NCBI GenBank assembly: GCA_964016885.1
Contig: OZ024741.1
Span: 225,122,001-225,186,000 of the forward strand
Direction: 5' to 3'
Origin: Eledone cirrhosa
Lineage: Eukaryota
DNA: 64,000 bases
The notes beneath the pieces were generated by a model. It did no database searches. It was given only the letters and a program-made list of their open reading frames with translations, and had not been told where the DNA came from. Below, piece after piece: positions 11,613-24,948 of the stretch. The position numbers were made by a program, and so were the translations under genes. Numbering within the stretch: position 1 is the first letter of the stretch; each line of letters opens with the position of its first letter.

Positions 11613-11758
11613 TGATCCTTCCTATTGGACTATTACTGATCCTTCCTATTGGACTATTACTGATCCTTCCTATTGGACTATTACTGATCCTTCCTATTGG
11701 ACTATTACTGATCCTTCCTATTGGACTATTACTGATCCTTCCTATTGGACTATTACTG
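11613..11758. repeat. Perfect 24-bp minisatellite x6
   Basis: TGATCCTTCCTATTGGACTATTAC repeated six times. Confidence 0.95.
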
Positions 11759-11874
11759 TAATCTACACAGACCATGTTGAGAAAATACTTTGGTAAGCAA
11801 TCTTACTTGTTTTATTTTTGTTTGTACACTGATCTACACAAACAAATTTTACTCGTACACACACACACACACAT

Positions 11875-11983
<109 letters not shown>

Positions 11984-12227
11984 GTTAGGTGTATTATTGG
12001 TTGTGTAAAACGGTCCAATAAATATTTGTTAGCAATATTAAGTTCTCCACGCTTTTGTATATCTCCAATTCCATTCAAGGGAACAGCTAGATGATGTAAA
12101 ACGGAGTATGCCTTAACTGAAGATGATGGCAGTCGCCGTATTTTGACTGCTTGATCTTCATATGAGGGAATAAACTCTGTGAGTGAACATTGCTAATTTT
12201 CTCCCGCATATCAAGAATTTGAAGACA

Positions 12228-12320
12228 ATTCATTTTCACCTGACGAGATCAGTGATAATCGATCATGGCTTCACGATCGATCTATCTCTTATTGAAACAT
12301 GTGTCGTGATTAAAATGATT
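12228..12320 (+). ncRNA. Type I hammerhead ribozyme with long stem II
   Basis: Stem I TCAC/GTGA (extendable CATTTT/AAAATG); CTGACGA at 12240-12246; ~16-bp stem II; GAAAC-ATGT-GTC at 12294-12305. Confidence 0.8.
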
Positions 12321-12459
12321 GGAAATTTTACCTTGCCTTCGGATTTTTATTTTGATATATATATATATATATATATTTATATATCATCCTATCTTGTGAT
12401 ATAATTTTATCATACACTTCGGCTGCTATAAACTTTTAGACAAATATATGTATGTGCCG

Positions 12460-12503
<44 letters not shown>

Positions 12504-12506
<3 letters not shown>

Positions 12507-12831
12507 AAGTTTTATTTAAATTGTTGGGTTACAACGAGTAAATATTTATAACTGATATAAAAGCACTCAACAAGTATTTGGAGTATATTTACGATATTAA
12601 ATAAATGGAAACTATATTTATAAAACCATATTTATTTCATTATATATATCAAATCAACTTTTTAAATGGAAGTTGAAGTTGTAAGGTATGTCAAATCTAT
12701 CTATTTATAAGACTGTTTATATTGTATTTTGTCTGATGAAGGCATACCATATTTTTAATATGATATCCCTGAAATATATATAATGAAATAAATATGGTTT
12801 TATAAATATAGTTTCCATTTATTTAATATCG

Positions 12832-12832
<1 letters not shown>
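12504..12832. mobile_element. Inverted pseudo-LTR, family A variant, in (TA)n
   Basis: Homologous to 5187-5710. Inverted arms at ~12590-12650 and ~12775-12832. Confidence 0.75.
12725..12790 (+). ncRNA. Minimal type I hammerhead ribozyme (family A)
   Basis: TATTTTGT/ATGAAATA stem I, CTGATGA, stem II AGG.ATA.CATAT/ATATG.TAT.CCT, GAAA-TATATA-TA. Stem II changes are compensatory relative to 5511-5576. Confidence 0.75.
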
Positions 12833-12874
<42 letters not shown>

Positions 12875-12935
12875 AGAAGAAGAAACTTTTAAGCAGGCAG
12901 ACATGAACACATACACATAAACATATACCACCCAA

Positions 12936-12997
<62 letters not shown>

Positions 12998-13280
12998 AAA
13001 GAACTTCTTCTTTACAGCTACGTTTCCTCTTACACATAGACTCAAATGTTGGCTGATCTTATACAGTTGTTTCAATAAAAGCAAGCTGTCTATATCGAAC
13101 GAACGCTGTCTGGCAAATGTCCTACTTGTTTCCTTATATATTACGTCAACTGAACACTGGAGACGTTGTACAAAGATACTGAAATTCATAGACACCAATA
13201 TTTTTTCCATATTTTTCTCGAATTATGCAGTTAATTTAATAAAGATTTGGACTAGCGCAATTTTTTTTATGTATGAAATA

Positions 13281-13402
13281 GAAGAAGGAGAAGGAGGAGA
13301 AGAAGAAGAAGAAGAAGAAGAAGAAGAAGAAGAAGAAGAAGAAGAAGAAGAAGAAGAAGAAGAAGAAGAAGAAGAAGAAGAAGAAGAAGAAGAAGAAGAA
13401 GA
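13281..13402. repeat. (GAA)n microsatellite
   Basis: Direct reading. Confidence 0.95.
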
Positions 13403-13478
13403 AAGCGAACACCTGGCGTTCTTATGTTATTGATTTACTATTAGACCAGAAATATATAGGAAATGAGATAGAGTGGTA

Positions 13479-13527
<49 letters not shown>

Positions 13528-13643
13528 CTACATACGTACACACATGTATATATATATTAACATTTACATATATATACACATTATATACACATACATATAT
13601 ATATACATTATATACATATACATATATATATACATATATATAT

Positions 13644-13676
<33 letters not shown>

Positions 13677-13722
13677 ATGTGTATATGTATGTGTAAATAA
13701 TGTGTATATATATGTAAATGGA

Positions 13723-13805
<83 letters not shown>

Positions 13806-13929
13806 TACAAGCAGATATGGGTGGATATATATGCATCTGTCTATATATATATTAATATATATATGTGTGTGTGTATGTGTATTCATATATATATGTATGT
13901 GTGTGTGTGTGTGCGTGTATATACATATA

Positions 13930-14170
13930 CATATGATCACACCTGTACATTAACACACATATATATATATATGAATATGTATATATCTATATCTATGTAT
14001 ATATATATATAGATCTATATGTATATATATATATAGATCTATATGTATATATATATATAGATCTATACATATATATATATACATATAGATCTATATATAT
14101 ATACATAGATATAGATATATACATATTCATATATATATATATGTGTGTTAATGTACAGGTGTGATCATAT
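13930..14170. repeat. TA-rich inverted repeat
   Basis: gatcacacctgtacattaacacacat at ~13934-13959 and its reverse complement at ~14141-14166, with inverted TA-rich sequence between. Confidence 0.7.
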
Positions 14171-14224
14171 GTATATATATATATAGATCTATATGTATAT
14201 ATATATATAGATCTATACATATTC

Positions 14225-14295
<71 letters not shown>

Positions 14296-14584
14296 TACAT
14301 ATACATATGTATATATATATATGTGTATATACATATGTAATTGTGTGTGCGTATACGTATATCTTATGTATGTGTATGGTATGTGTAGATCTCTTAATCT
14401 ACACATCTATTTGGCTTTAGGTATAGACATTCACATACACTCACATACACTCACTCTCTCGCTTGTATACACACCTCAACGTACATACACATATTCGCAT
14501 AAACATTTGATATATATCTGAGCACGAGGTAATTCTTGTTTGGATAACACCACAACTTCCTGAATGGTCAACATAAGTATCTAC

Positions 14585-14690
<106 letters not shown>

Positions 14691-17600
14691 GACGGACGTG
14701 CGTTAGATCGCTGGTAAGTTTTTGTAAAATTTTCTATACAGAAACAGAATTTATTGTGTGAAAATTTATATTGTTTGATAGATTAACACCCAGGCTGAAT
14801 TGTCAGCTGAGTTGTAATCTCAGTTTTCGCCCCACAGGGGCGAAAATTTAATTAAAAAAATTATTGAGAAGTTTTTAAATTTTCCTAACTTTAAAAATGT
14901 GTGACTTACAGAGAACGCTAGACAGCGAGAAGAGAAGGAAAGAGGCAGATATAAGCGTTATATCTCCCTCTACTTCCATAGAAGTATCTATGGAGACAAA
15001 CAGCAACAAAACTTCGTTTCGTAAAGAAATGGATATTTGCACATAAAAGATGAAAATAACAGCCCACAACAGACACCAAAACATACAGAAAATGCAGAAA
15101 TTGAAACAATTAACACAACTACACACGAAAAAACCAACAACAACAACAAAACAGAAAAAAACAACATTCGCAAAGACTGTAATAAAAAAAAAAAAACGGA
15201 ATATAAAGAGTTGGACATCAGCAATTCAAAACAGATGTTGTCTGATGCGAGACAATTTATAACATTTGAAGAAAAGGGTGGGTTTCAAATAAACTCACGC
15301 TTGGAAATTAAACAAGAAACAGTTCGAAGAACGGTAACCTTCAGAACTGTCTCAAATCAAATAAAAAAGCCGGTATTCCTCAGTCAAGGGGAAATTGAAA
15401 CCACCTTGAAAGAGGCTCTGCTGGACATTGATTTTATGTAGAGGACCAGACTATATGGAAGTATTTCGGTACTTTTTAAAAGCAAGGCCCTCGCACAAAA
15501 GTATTCTGTTACACCACAAAAACACACCCCTTTTTCCCTACTTACATGGGAAAAAGAACACAAAAAATTAAAATAAATAACATACCACCAAACATCAACA
15601 TTTAGTGGATCTTAGCAGGGTTCATAGAGCCAGAAAGTGACACAGCTATTTCGGTCAGGAAGACGACCAGACAAAGGTGGGCGGGTACCAATTTGGAGAT
15701 TCTGGTGCAGATGAGTCCGGAGAGAATCTCCAAAATACCCGAAAAAGTCCTAGTCGACAACAACAACTACATTAAGATTTCGGTTGAGGGACGACAACCA
15801 CATTGCTTTCGTTGCAATAGCACCACACATCTAAAGGCCCCCTGCCCTTTACAAAAACGCTCAAACAAAATGATCCCAAAGAAAATACTGTTACCGAAAC
15901 CAACACCAAAACAACCACCACCACAACAACAACACACGAAACAAGTAAACACAACAAAACAAACAGCCACTCAACCAACAACAACAGAAAAAATACAGAC
16001 AACACCCGTGAAGAACACATCCCCACCCTATCCCACTCCATCAAACACTACCACAAACACACACACCAAAACACAACCACCACACAACATACCCCTACCA
16101 CAAACTCCTGACGATGATTATTCACAACAGATGAAGTTGCATCTCTTTCTTTAAGTGAAGAAGAAGGAAAGCCTCGGAAATCCAAAAATCAAAAAAAGAG
16201 ACACCACAAAACTCCCCAAACTCCAGTCACCAACACCAACACACAACCACAGAAACAAAAAAACAACACAAACAACACCACAGTCAAACATCCCCCTACC
16301 AGCAAAACCAACACCAACACCACCCCAAACACAAGCACCCACCATAAAAAGAAAACTCCCGGACGAACAACAAACTAAAACAACACAACAAAAACACAAC
16401 CAACAATACGTATACATCAACACAAAGAACAAGAGTTTGATGGAGGTCATCTCCCAAAACCAAAAGTTGGAGACGGAGGGCAAAACTTTCGTTAAAGCAG
16501 AATCGTCTCCACACCTTAAACTTATAAGGGTTTCTATGGAGACCTATAGTGACATGAAAAATAAATGTTCGCAGGACGTGGGCAAGCCCTGCCAGAAACC
16601 CATCAACTGCGTCCTGTTAAAATGTTTCCCTACACCACCCAACACCACTCCAATACCCAAATGGAGATTGAAAAACCCGATCTCCAGGAAACGAAAGGGG
16701 AAGTGCACCCTTTCGTCCTTTTTCGCCAAATATTCTCCCTCTACATGGCTAGTTTACGAGTTGGAACCGTGAATGTGCGTGGCCTAGGGATGCCCTGGAA
16801 ACAGGGCCAACTTTTAAACGACCTTAGGTCACACGGTATGGATGTGATAGCCATCACCGAGTCCAGGATCCACAACAGGCAGCAACTAACTCCCATCTTC
16901 AATGACTTTGAGATCTACGCATCTCTCTGTCAGTCAGGAGGTGGAGGGGGAGTGGCTGTCATGTTTCGGAAAAACCTGGACGTCGAAGTACAGCAAGTAC
17001 ACTTGGATCCGGAGGGTAGACTGGTAGTCCTAGACGTGAACAGTATTGGAGGTGGAGCCTTCAGACTGGTAGCCGTTTATGCCCCGACAGGGCAATCGCA
17101 ATCGCGGCCAGACTTCTTTAAGCGTCTAGAGTCTTTTCTGGGAACGTCTCGCTCCTTACTTGTAGTGGGGGACTGGAATGGTATCCTAGATGCAAGTTGG
17201 GACTATGTGGGAGTATGTCCCAGTAGAGAGTGCAACAGCCTCAAAAATCTAATCGACCAATTCCAACTGGCCGATAGATATCGACTGGATTTCCTGACTG
17301 CACCACAGTGGACGTGGGCAAACCGCAGCGGGACATCTAGATCGTATTTAGATAGGTTTTTCATTAGAGAGAAAGACAAGAAGATGTTAAGCTGTCCACT
17401 AATGCACATGGCTGCCTATTCAGACCACAAACTAGTCATCTGCATAGTCAACCGTGATAGAATACATAGACAAGGACCCGGATACTGGAAGCTGAACGTG
17501 TCGCTACCGACACGTAAAGCCTACAGTGAACGGATAAGTAGATTAGTTAAGAAACAATTGACGGGAGCCATCGTCAACAACAGATGGTGGCACTCTCTCA

Positions 17601-19744
17601 AGAAAGCAATTAAAGTAGAGTCCATAGACTTTAGTAGAGAGTTTGCCTTAGAGAGAAACAAAACAGAAACGAAACTAGTAGCCAAGGTAGAGGAGGCGCT
17701 TAGGAGTGGCAACGTAGCTAGAGTGCTAGCAACGAGAACGGCACTGGACCAGTTCTTCGACGCGAAACACGAAGGCTGCGTGGTCAGAAGTAAATCATAT
17801 GCTCTAGGAAACGAGGGAGCGAAAGCTGTTAGCTGGGCCCGAGTGGCAGAGGCGAAAAGTGGAAACAAGTCTACGATTCGGTCTTTGAAAGACCAAAACG
17901 GATGCGTGCTACTTGACCCCAAGCGGGAAAGACGAGAACAAGGGGACGAACTAAGCAACTTTAGGCCCATAACACTGCTCAACACAGAGTTAAAGAGTTT
18001 GGCCAAGGTGTTGTCAACGAGGTTGGCGCTTGTAGTCAAGAACCTGGTATGGAAAGCGCAAACGTGTGAAATCCGGACCAGGTCCATACACGACAACCTC
18101 TGCGGAAAGCGGCGTCGGCTTATGCCGACGACATGACGGTGATGGTGTCGGAAGCCTCCGAAGTCGGGGCATCGGCAACTTACTGCAGGAATATGAAAGG
18201 CTCACAGGAGCAAAACTGAACGCGGACAAGTCTGTCGGTTTGCAACTCGGAACGTGGAGAAGCAAACCTGTGCCGCCCGACAGCGTCGTCGGACGCTGGA
18301 CGGACGGACCGGTGAAATTGCTCTGGGTCTGGTTCGGTCCGGACCTCCAGGTGGAGAAACACTGGAATGAAGTCACGGTTAAGGTATTTGCGCTCACCTA
18401 GAAATGGGCAGAGTGCAAACTATCCTTGAAAGGTCGAGCGGAGGTGGCGAACACTTTCATAGCGTCTGTCATCTACTACCGCTTGACCATCGTTCCTTGT
18501 CCCTGTGAACACCTCACCAAGATGGAACTCATGCTCTTCCAGTTCCTTTGGAAGAAGCAGGCTCCACTGGTGAGGAGATCCGTCTGCTGTCAGCACCCTT
18601 CCAACGGAGGGCTGGGAATGCTGTGGCTGATGATGCGCAAGCATGCGCTGAGGCTACGGCATCTACAAATATTCCTCACCGCCCCCAACCGGTGTGGGAA
18701 CCGTTTGTGAGACATGCCTTCCCGCAATTTGTCTCGCTGACGGAGCTGCAGTCCTGGGTCAAGCGAAGACCGAAGAAGATGGGCGCCTGGCACATTGAAT
18801 GCGTTCAGGCGCTCACAGTCCTCTGTCAAGCGGGCACGGCAATCAGTGGAGACTCCACTTCGACATTCTATAGATGGTAAGTACGTCACAAGGGCGACGA
18901 CATGCTTAGAGAGACTCTGGGCGTCGAAGACGACGAACTCACCAGTGTGTTTGGTAGGACTTTCCGTCCGGGACCTATGGACAACTTCCAGAGCTCCCTG
19001 GCCTGGCAGTGCTACGGAGGATCTCTACCAGTTCGTGACAAGATCTACAGGCACGGACGCCCCGGCAGGGATCCTTCCAAGAGGACGTGTCCAAGATGCG
19101 CGCAGGACATTGAAACAGTCCTGCACGCAATTGTACACTGTCCGGGAATAACCGACCTGTGGAACTACGCGGAACAACTGCTGTCGCGTATGGGACAAAT
19201 CCAGTTAACTGCCGAGTCCATAGTAAAGATCAAACCGCCAACTTCTTTCAACAACGAAAGAGAGGTGGTTTTCCTCTGTATAGTGGCTATGGTGAAAGAG
19301 GTTATATGCTGGACGAGATTGAGAGGACTGAGTACAGATGCCTTTCTCTCCGGACAACAACTGATTCCCTTATTTAGATACCACTTTAAAAGGAGAATCA
19401 GAGTGGAGAGAGAGGCACTGCACCCCAGTAAATTTACTGAAAGGTGGGTGAATGTGGTAAAAATGGTCCGAGTGATTGGGCCTTTTCTGTATATAAACCT
19501 GTAAGTTGAAGAAGAGAGCAAAAGGAAGAAAGGAGCACTTGCACAACACGCTCCTGAAGTTGAGGGTTGTTCTATCGACGGGTATTAAACAACCCATTTG
19601 TGGCGCCCCCCCCCCCCCCTGTTGGGAATTTCGATTGTCATAATTGTTTGTTTTATATTTTTTTTTACACGATTGTATGTAAAATCCCCGGCATGTCTTT
19701 GTTTTGTCCCCTTTTCTTGTGCACCCTTGTGGCTAATAAAGAAA
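14691..19744 (+). mobile_element. Tx1-clade non-LTR retrotransposon copy 1 (two internal ORF2 deletions)
   Basis: ORF1 has the CFRCNSTTHLKAPC knuckle. ORF2 from 16745 has APE (NVRG, GDWN, SDH), YADD and CPRC..H..C. Ends AATAAAGAAA+(TATC)n and is preceded by (TATC)n at 14587-14690. Confidence 0.9.
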
Positions 19745-19788
19745 TATATCTATCTATCTACCCATCTATCTATCTATCTATCTATCTC

Positions 19789-22285
19789 TTGGATAGCTGT
19801 GCGACAGGTCGCTGGTCAGCTTTTCTTGAATTTTATCGTAAATAAGCGTTTAATTATATTGGAAATTATTTCAATCTGTTTATTAACCACCCATCCCTTG
19901 TTAGCGGATGGGGGCTTTAATTCTTCGCCCCATTAGGGGCGAAAATTATTATCCAAACTTTTTAAACAACTCTGGAATTTTTCCCCAAAAAATATGGCCG
20001 AAAAAAATTTTACGCCCACTTCGACTCCTGCTGCTGACATCAGCACGAGAATTGAATGCAGAGAAAGAGAGAAGTTGGAATAACTCCTCTTGCTAAAATA
20101 GGCTTATTGCATAGCAAACAAAGAAAGGCTGACTCGATAGAGAAGCCAACACTACCAACTACGACACGGACAACAACACTAACAAAGAGAACAACAACAA
20201 CAAAGAGAACAACAACAACAACAATAGCAGCAACACCGACAGCAGCAGCAGCAACAGCAGTTGTAACAACAGCAACAACACCAGCAGTAACAACAGCAGC
20301 AACAACGACGACGACAGCAACACCACCACCACCACCAACAACAACAAGAAAGAATATTTTGCACAAACAGTGCAAAAGACTGAACAATACATCTCCTTAG
20401 AGATTTCGAATGCTAAGGAGATGTTACTGAAAAGTAAACCATATGTAACTTTCGGAGAAAGTGGAACTTTCAGCATCAACTCACTTCCGGAAGTGCGTAG
20501 GTACACAATATTGAGGACCCTCCTCTTTCGAACCATTTCGAATGAGACGAGGAAGCCAGTTCAGCTCACACAAAATGAGATTGAACTGAACCTGAGAGAC
20601 GTAATGAAGGACATTGCCTTCATACAAAGAGGAAAGCTGTATAGCAGCATTTCCATTTTAATGAAGGACCAATTGACGGCCCAGAAATATTCCGTGGCTC
20701 CAATTGTGTCTTCTGCATACACCCTTTTCCCTACATACATGGGAAAAAGGACTAAAAAAATAAAAATTGCAAATATTCCACCAAACGTAAACGTCTGGTG
20801 GATTCTGACAGGCTTTATTTGATACTGATCAAGACACTATTCTTTCGATAGGAAAGTCTTCCAGAAACACATGGAGTGGTACAAGTCTTCAAGTTCTGGT
20901 CCAGATAAGGCCAGAACGGATAGCAAAAATGCCACAACGCGTGCCTCTGGATGGACAATCCTACATTTCTAGCTGTTTCAAATGTTTCAACACATTTGAA
21001 GGCTTCTTGTCCTCAACTTGTACACAAAACAACAAAAAACACTACTGCCAACACCAAAGACACCTTTGGAAGAAAACACCTTTGGAAGAAGCAGGCTCCG
21101 CTGGTGAGAAGATCCATCTGCTGCCATCACCCTTCGAACGGATGGCTGGGGATGCCGTGGCTGATGATGCGAAAACACGCGCTGAGGCTGCGGCATCTAC
21201 AGGTATTCTTGACCGACCAGCCGGTATGGGCTCCGTTTCTGAGACAAGCCTTCCCGCTGCTCATCTCAGTAACGGAGCTGCAGTCCTGGGTCAAGAAAAC
21301 ACCGAAAAAAATGGGCGACTGGCACATTGAATGTGCCCAGGCACTCACAGTCTTCTACCAAGCGGACTCAGTAATCAGCGGAGACTCCACCTCAACATTC
21401 TATAGAGGGTTAGTGGAGGACAGATGCGACGGCGTTCCTGGAGAGACTCTGGGCGTCGATGAGGGAGAACTAGACAGTCTGTTCGGTAGGAATTTCCGAC
21501 CGGGACCCATGGACAACTTCCAAAAGTCCATGGCATAGCAGTGCTCCCGAGGGGCTCTGCCAGTTCGAGACAAGCTCTACAGGCACGGAAGCCCGGGCAG
21601 AGATCCCGCAAAAAGGATCTGTCCGAGATGCGAGCGGGACATTGAAACCATCTCGCACGCAGTGGTACACTGCCCGGGCGTAACCTACCTGTGGAGCTAC
21701 GTAGAGCGACTACTGTCACGTGTGGGACAAATACTGTTGACCGCTGAGTCCATAGTGAGAATAAAACCACCGCCCCCCTTTAAAAACGAAGGAGAGGCAG
21801 TTTTTCTCTGTATGGTGGCTATGGCGAAAGAGGTAATATGGTGGACGAGATTGAGAGGGCTGAGGACAGACGCCTTTCTCTCCGGACAACAACTTATTAC
21901 CTTCTTTAAATACCATTTCAGAAGGAAAATAAGAGTGGAGAGAGAGGCGCTGCATCCCGGCCAATTTGCTGAAAGGTGGGTGAATGTAGCGAAAATAGCC
22001 CGAGTGATTGGGCCTTCTCTGTATATAAACCTGTAGGTCAAGGAAGAGGAAGAAAGGAGGAAAGGAGCACTTGCACTTCGTGCTCCTGGAGTTTGAGGGT
22101 TGTTATTTCTACGGGGTATGCAATAACCCGTTGAAGCGCCTCGCCCCCTATTGGGGATTTCGATTGCTGATTTGCTTTGTTAAACTGTTGTTATTTTCAT
22201 TTCTTACTCGACTACATGTAAAATCCCCGCCATATGTCATTGTACTGTCCCATTTGTGTGCGCCTTTGTGGCTAATAAATAGAAA
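19789..22285 (+). mobile_element. Tx1 copy 2, internally deleted (ORF1 5' half joined to ORF2 C-terminus)
   Basis: ORF1 homology at ~20000-21050; junction at ~21060-21090 with duplicated ACACCTTTGGAAGAA; ORF2 end SLYINL* at 22036; same UTR motifs as the other copies. Confidence 0.9.
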
Positions 22286-22298
22286 TTTATATATCTAT

Positions 22299-22700
22299 AT
22301 TGTTATATTTGGGGAGGGTCATATTTGCGTAATATTGCCAGAATTAATAACAGAACACACTCACTGTTTGGTTGGTTTTCGCTTCTCGCTTCTCACTGAC
22401 GATGTTGCAGATGTGCAACGAAAGATTTATGTAAACTATATATATATGTGTTTGTCTATATTGTATCTGTATTATTTTTGACCGCCGGTCAGTCAATGGC
22501 AACATTGAGGACCGAGTAAGTTAGATCGCAGATATATATATATAAAAGACAGCGAGAAGCGAAAACCAACCAAACAGTGAGTGTGTTCTGTTATTAATTC
22601 TGGCAATATTACGCAAATATGACCCTCCCCAAATATAACAATATCTGTTTCGACACACGATTTCATATAAAAAACCTCGCAAAACTAATTCATCGCCGCT
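22299..22700. mobile_element. Inverted pseudo-LTR (family C) inserted in the tail of Tx1 copy 2
   Basis: Arms at 22299-22390 and 22551-22643. Same family at 44461-44670 and 50555-50620. Confidence 0.75.
22394..22431 (+). ncRNA. Minimal hammerhead motif
   Basis: CTGACGA-T-GTTGCA(GATG)TGCAAC-GAAA-GATT-TA. Stem I is only 2 bp. Confidence 0.55.
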
Positions 22701-22929
22701 ATATATCTATATATCTATCTATCTATGAGCGTCAGACACCATGCTTTGTAACACAGAGTTATGGCCCTTTACTATCTGAGTTCAAATCTCTTCCATCCTT
22801 ACGGGGTCGATAAAATAAAGCATTAGTAATGCACTGGAGTAATTGCTGGCCTTGTTCCAAAAGTAGAAACGTTGTTAATAAAGAAACATATCTATACATA
22901 GATACACACATATATATATATATATATAC

Positions 22930-23252
22930 AAAACACGACTAGTTCGGAAATTACAAGTACAATCCATTAATGGAACAGTAAAAATATGTAAAAAATTCTA
23001 AAAATTCTGTATCTAATAATTCCATATACACATGTACAGATACAAAACTTATGCACATGCACACATACAACTCAAAATATACACATCCACACATACAATA
23101 ACATCCATACCTGCAAACACATGCATGCATGCAGACATACATATCTACCTAGCTGATGTTGTGTAAATTCCAATGAGAGAGTCTTGTGTCTATGTTAGAA
23201 ACCGACTCTCTCTGTATTGGCAACCATTTGTGAAATTATAAAACCAGAAGAA
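22930..23252 (+). mobile_element. R4/Dong-like element 3' fragment
   Basis: LVRKLQVQSINGTVKICK plus a 3' UTR homologous to 53549-53991 and 54023-55165. Ends AGAAGAA-CATACATA. Confidence 0.8.
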
Positions 23253-23322
23253 CATACATATATATGTGCGTTTACATATATATATACTCGTATATATATA
23301 TATACACGTATACACACACACA

Positions 23323-23400
<78 letters not shown>

Positions 23401-23759
23401 TATATACATACATATATATGTATGAATGATTTTGCACCTGTCTGTCTTGATATCTCCCCCTCTCTCTCACAGACAAACCTACACACACGCAAATATATAA
23501 TATTGACACATACACATGCGTGTATAAAATTGCAATATTTATATACTTTCCTACTTTTTTACCGGTTTATGTCATTTGACTGTGTCCATACTGGAGCATC
23601 ACCTTCAAGGGCTCAGCGATTCATATCAAACCCAGTACTTATTTTATCTATCTTTAGTTTTGGAATCACTAATCATATATTACTAGTTTTTGATGACTGT
23701 AGACATAAAGACAGATACGAACGCCATCATGCAAAACATACATCTAACATATATATATG

Positions 23760-24145
23760 CACGACGGATTTCCGTCAAAATTTCGCTCGCAAGTATTAGT
23801 CCACCTGAGGCTATAGTCGAAGACATTTCCCAATGTGTCAAGGGGGATAAATATCCCATAACTCCTTGTGGAGTCGTAGAGGGACCGTCACACGGCGGGC
23901 GGGTCTAGGGTATTTCTTAAACCTTGGGAAAGTCCAACCTTCTCCATGTCTGAATTCAGCCGATTCCTTCCATAGAGGAAGAGTCGGCGCCAGTACTGGA
24001 CTGGTACATTTTTTTATCAACTTCGAAAGGATGAAAGGCAAAGTTGACCACGGCAGGATTTGAACTCAGAGTGGGCAATGAGATGGGACGAATACCGTAA
24101 AGCATTTTATCCGACGTCTTAACGACTTTACCAATTTGCCAATGG
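23760..24145 (-). mobile_element. SINE fragments (CORE-like piece and Deu/Nin-like SINE)
   Basis: Reverse strand reads ttgggaaatgtcttcgactatagcctcag, and GAGTTCAAATCC...ctttgcctttcatcc. Confidence 0.65.
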
Positions 24146-24207
24146 TTCAAGCAGAGTGACCAAACATGTTAACCATACAGCCATATTGCGGCTATACATA
24201 CATATAC

Positions 24208-24850
24208 ACATGATGGCTGCATCTCGATTTAGAGAATTGCTATCACTTGATCTTTTTCTCATACATCGCTGGTACGAACATAACTTTTTAGCCATGCCAA
24301 GGACTTGTATTCCTTTCTGCATATGCTGCAGCGATGAACGTTACTTCCACTTCGGTTTCCTGCTTTGTTTTGGTGAAATTTCAAATGATATCAGAATCCA
24401 CTGATCGAGGTATATTGTTTTCCACTCGCCTGACAGGAAGACATGTCAAAGAGACCAATATCGACGACATTTAGTACATGGCTTCTCTAATAACTTCTAA
24501 GACCAGCTTTACTGAAGCACCCGGCCACACTTATTGCACACAGTCATTTTGAGCATTTAAAAATCTAGGTTAAGTAACATCATGCAAACCCTTATGCAGG
24601 CCCCTCTTTAATCGTTCATGCCTTACACGATATTTTTCAAATTACTGTTTTCCATTAAACACAGTTTTCTTCCAAGATGATCGATCTAAGGCAATGTCTT
24701 CTCAGTTATTTTCTCTCATGTTTGACTTTATCAGAGTTCTTTTGATGCAGTCTTTAAACTTGAGCTTTGGTTTGTCTTGGCCGTTTGCCTTTGGCAGAAA
24801 TTGCTTAGGAATACGATGACATGGCATTCTTACAGCAAGACTGCTCCGAC
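24208..24850 (-). mobile_element. RTE-clade 3' fragment with three degenerate C2H2 fingers
   Basis: VRMPCHRIPKQ..KLKFKDCIK..ALDRSSW, then CNKCGR..RSH, CQASGK..HLKFH and CSICRK..KSYVR. The 3' UTR is homologous to 63455-63497. Confidence 0.8.

Positions 24851-24948
<98 letters not shown>

Noticed and set aside
11613-11758. 24-bp repeat as a CRISPR-like array or ILPIGLLL protein repeat
   Set aside because: No spacers, eukaryotic context and perfect tandem copies: an ordinary minisatellite.
14691-14760. Spliced-leader RNA-like layout (short exon, GGTAAG, U-rich tract)
   Set aside because: The leader sequences are not conserved among copies and there is no clear Sm site between hairpins.
14781-14850. 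Tx1 5' motif as an HDV-like ribozyme (GGGGCGAA resembles J4/2)
   Set aside because: No P1/P1.1/P3 nested pseudoknot could be built, and the CGAA is paired in a simple hairpin.
17521-18096. Long antisense ORFs over Tx1 ORF2 (also 28557-28973 and 34475-34891)
   Set aside because: Shadow ORFs of GC-balanced coding sequence, with no independent motif.
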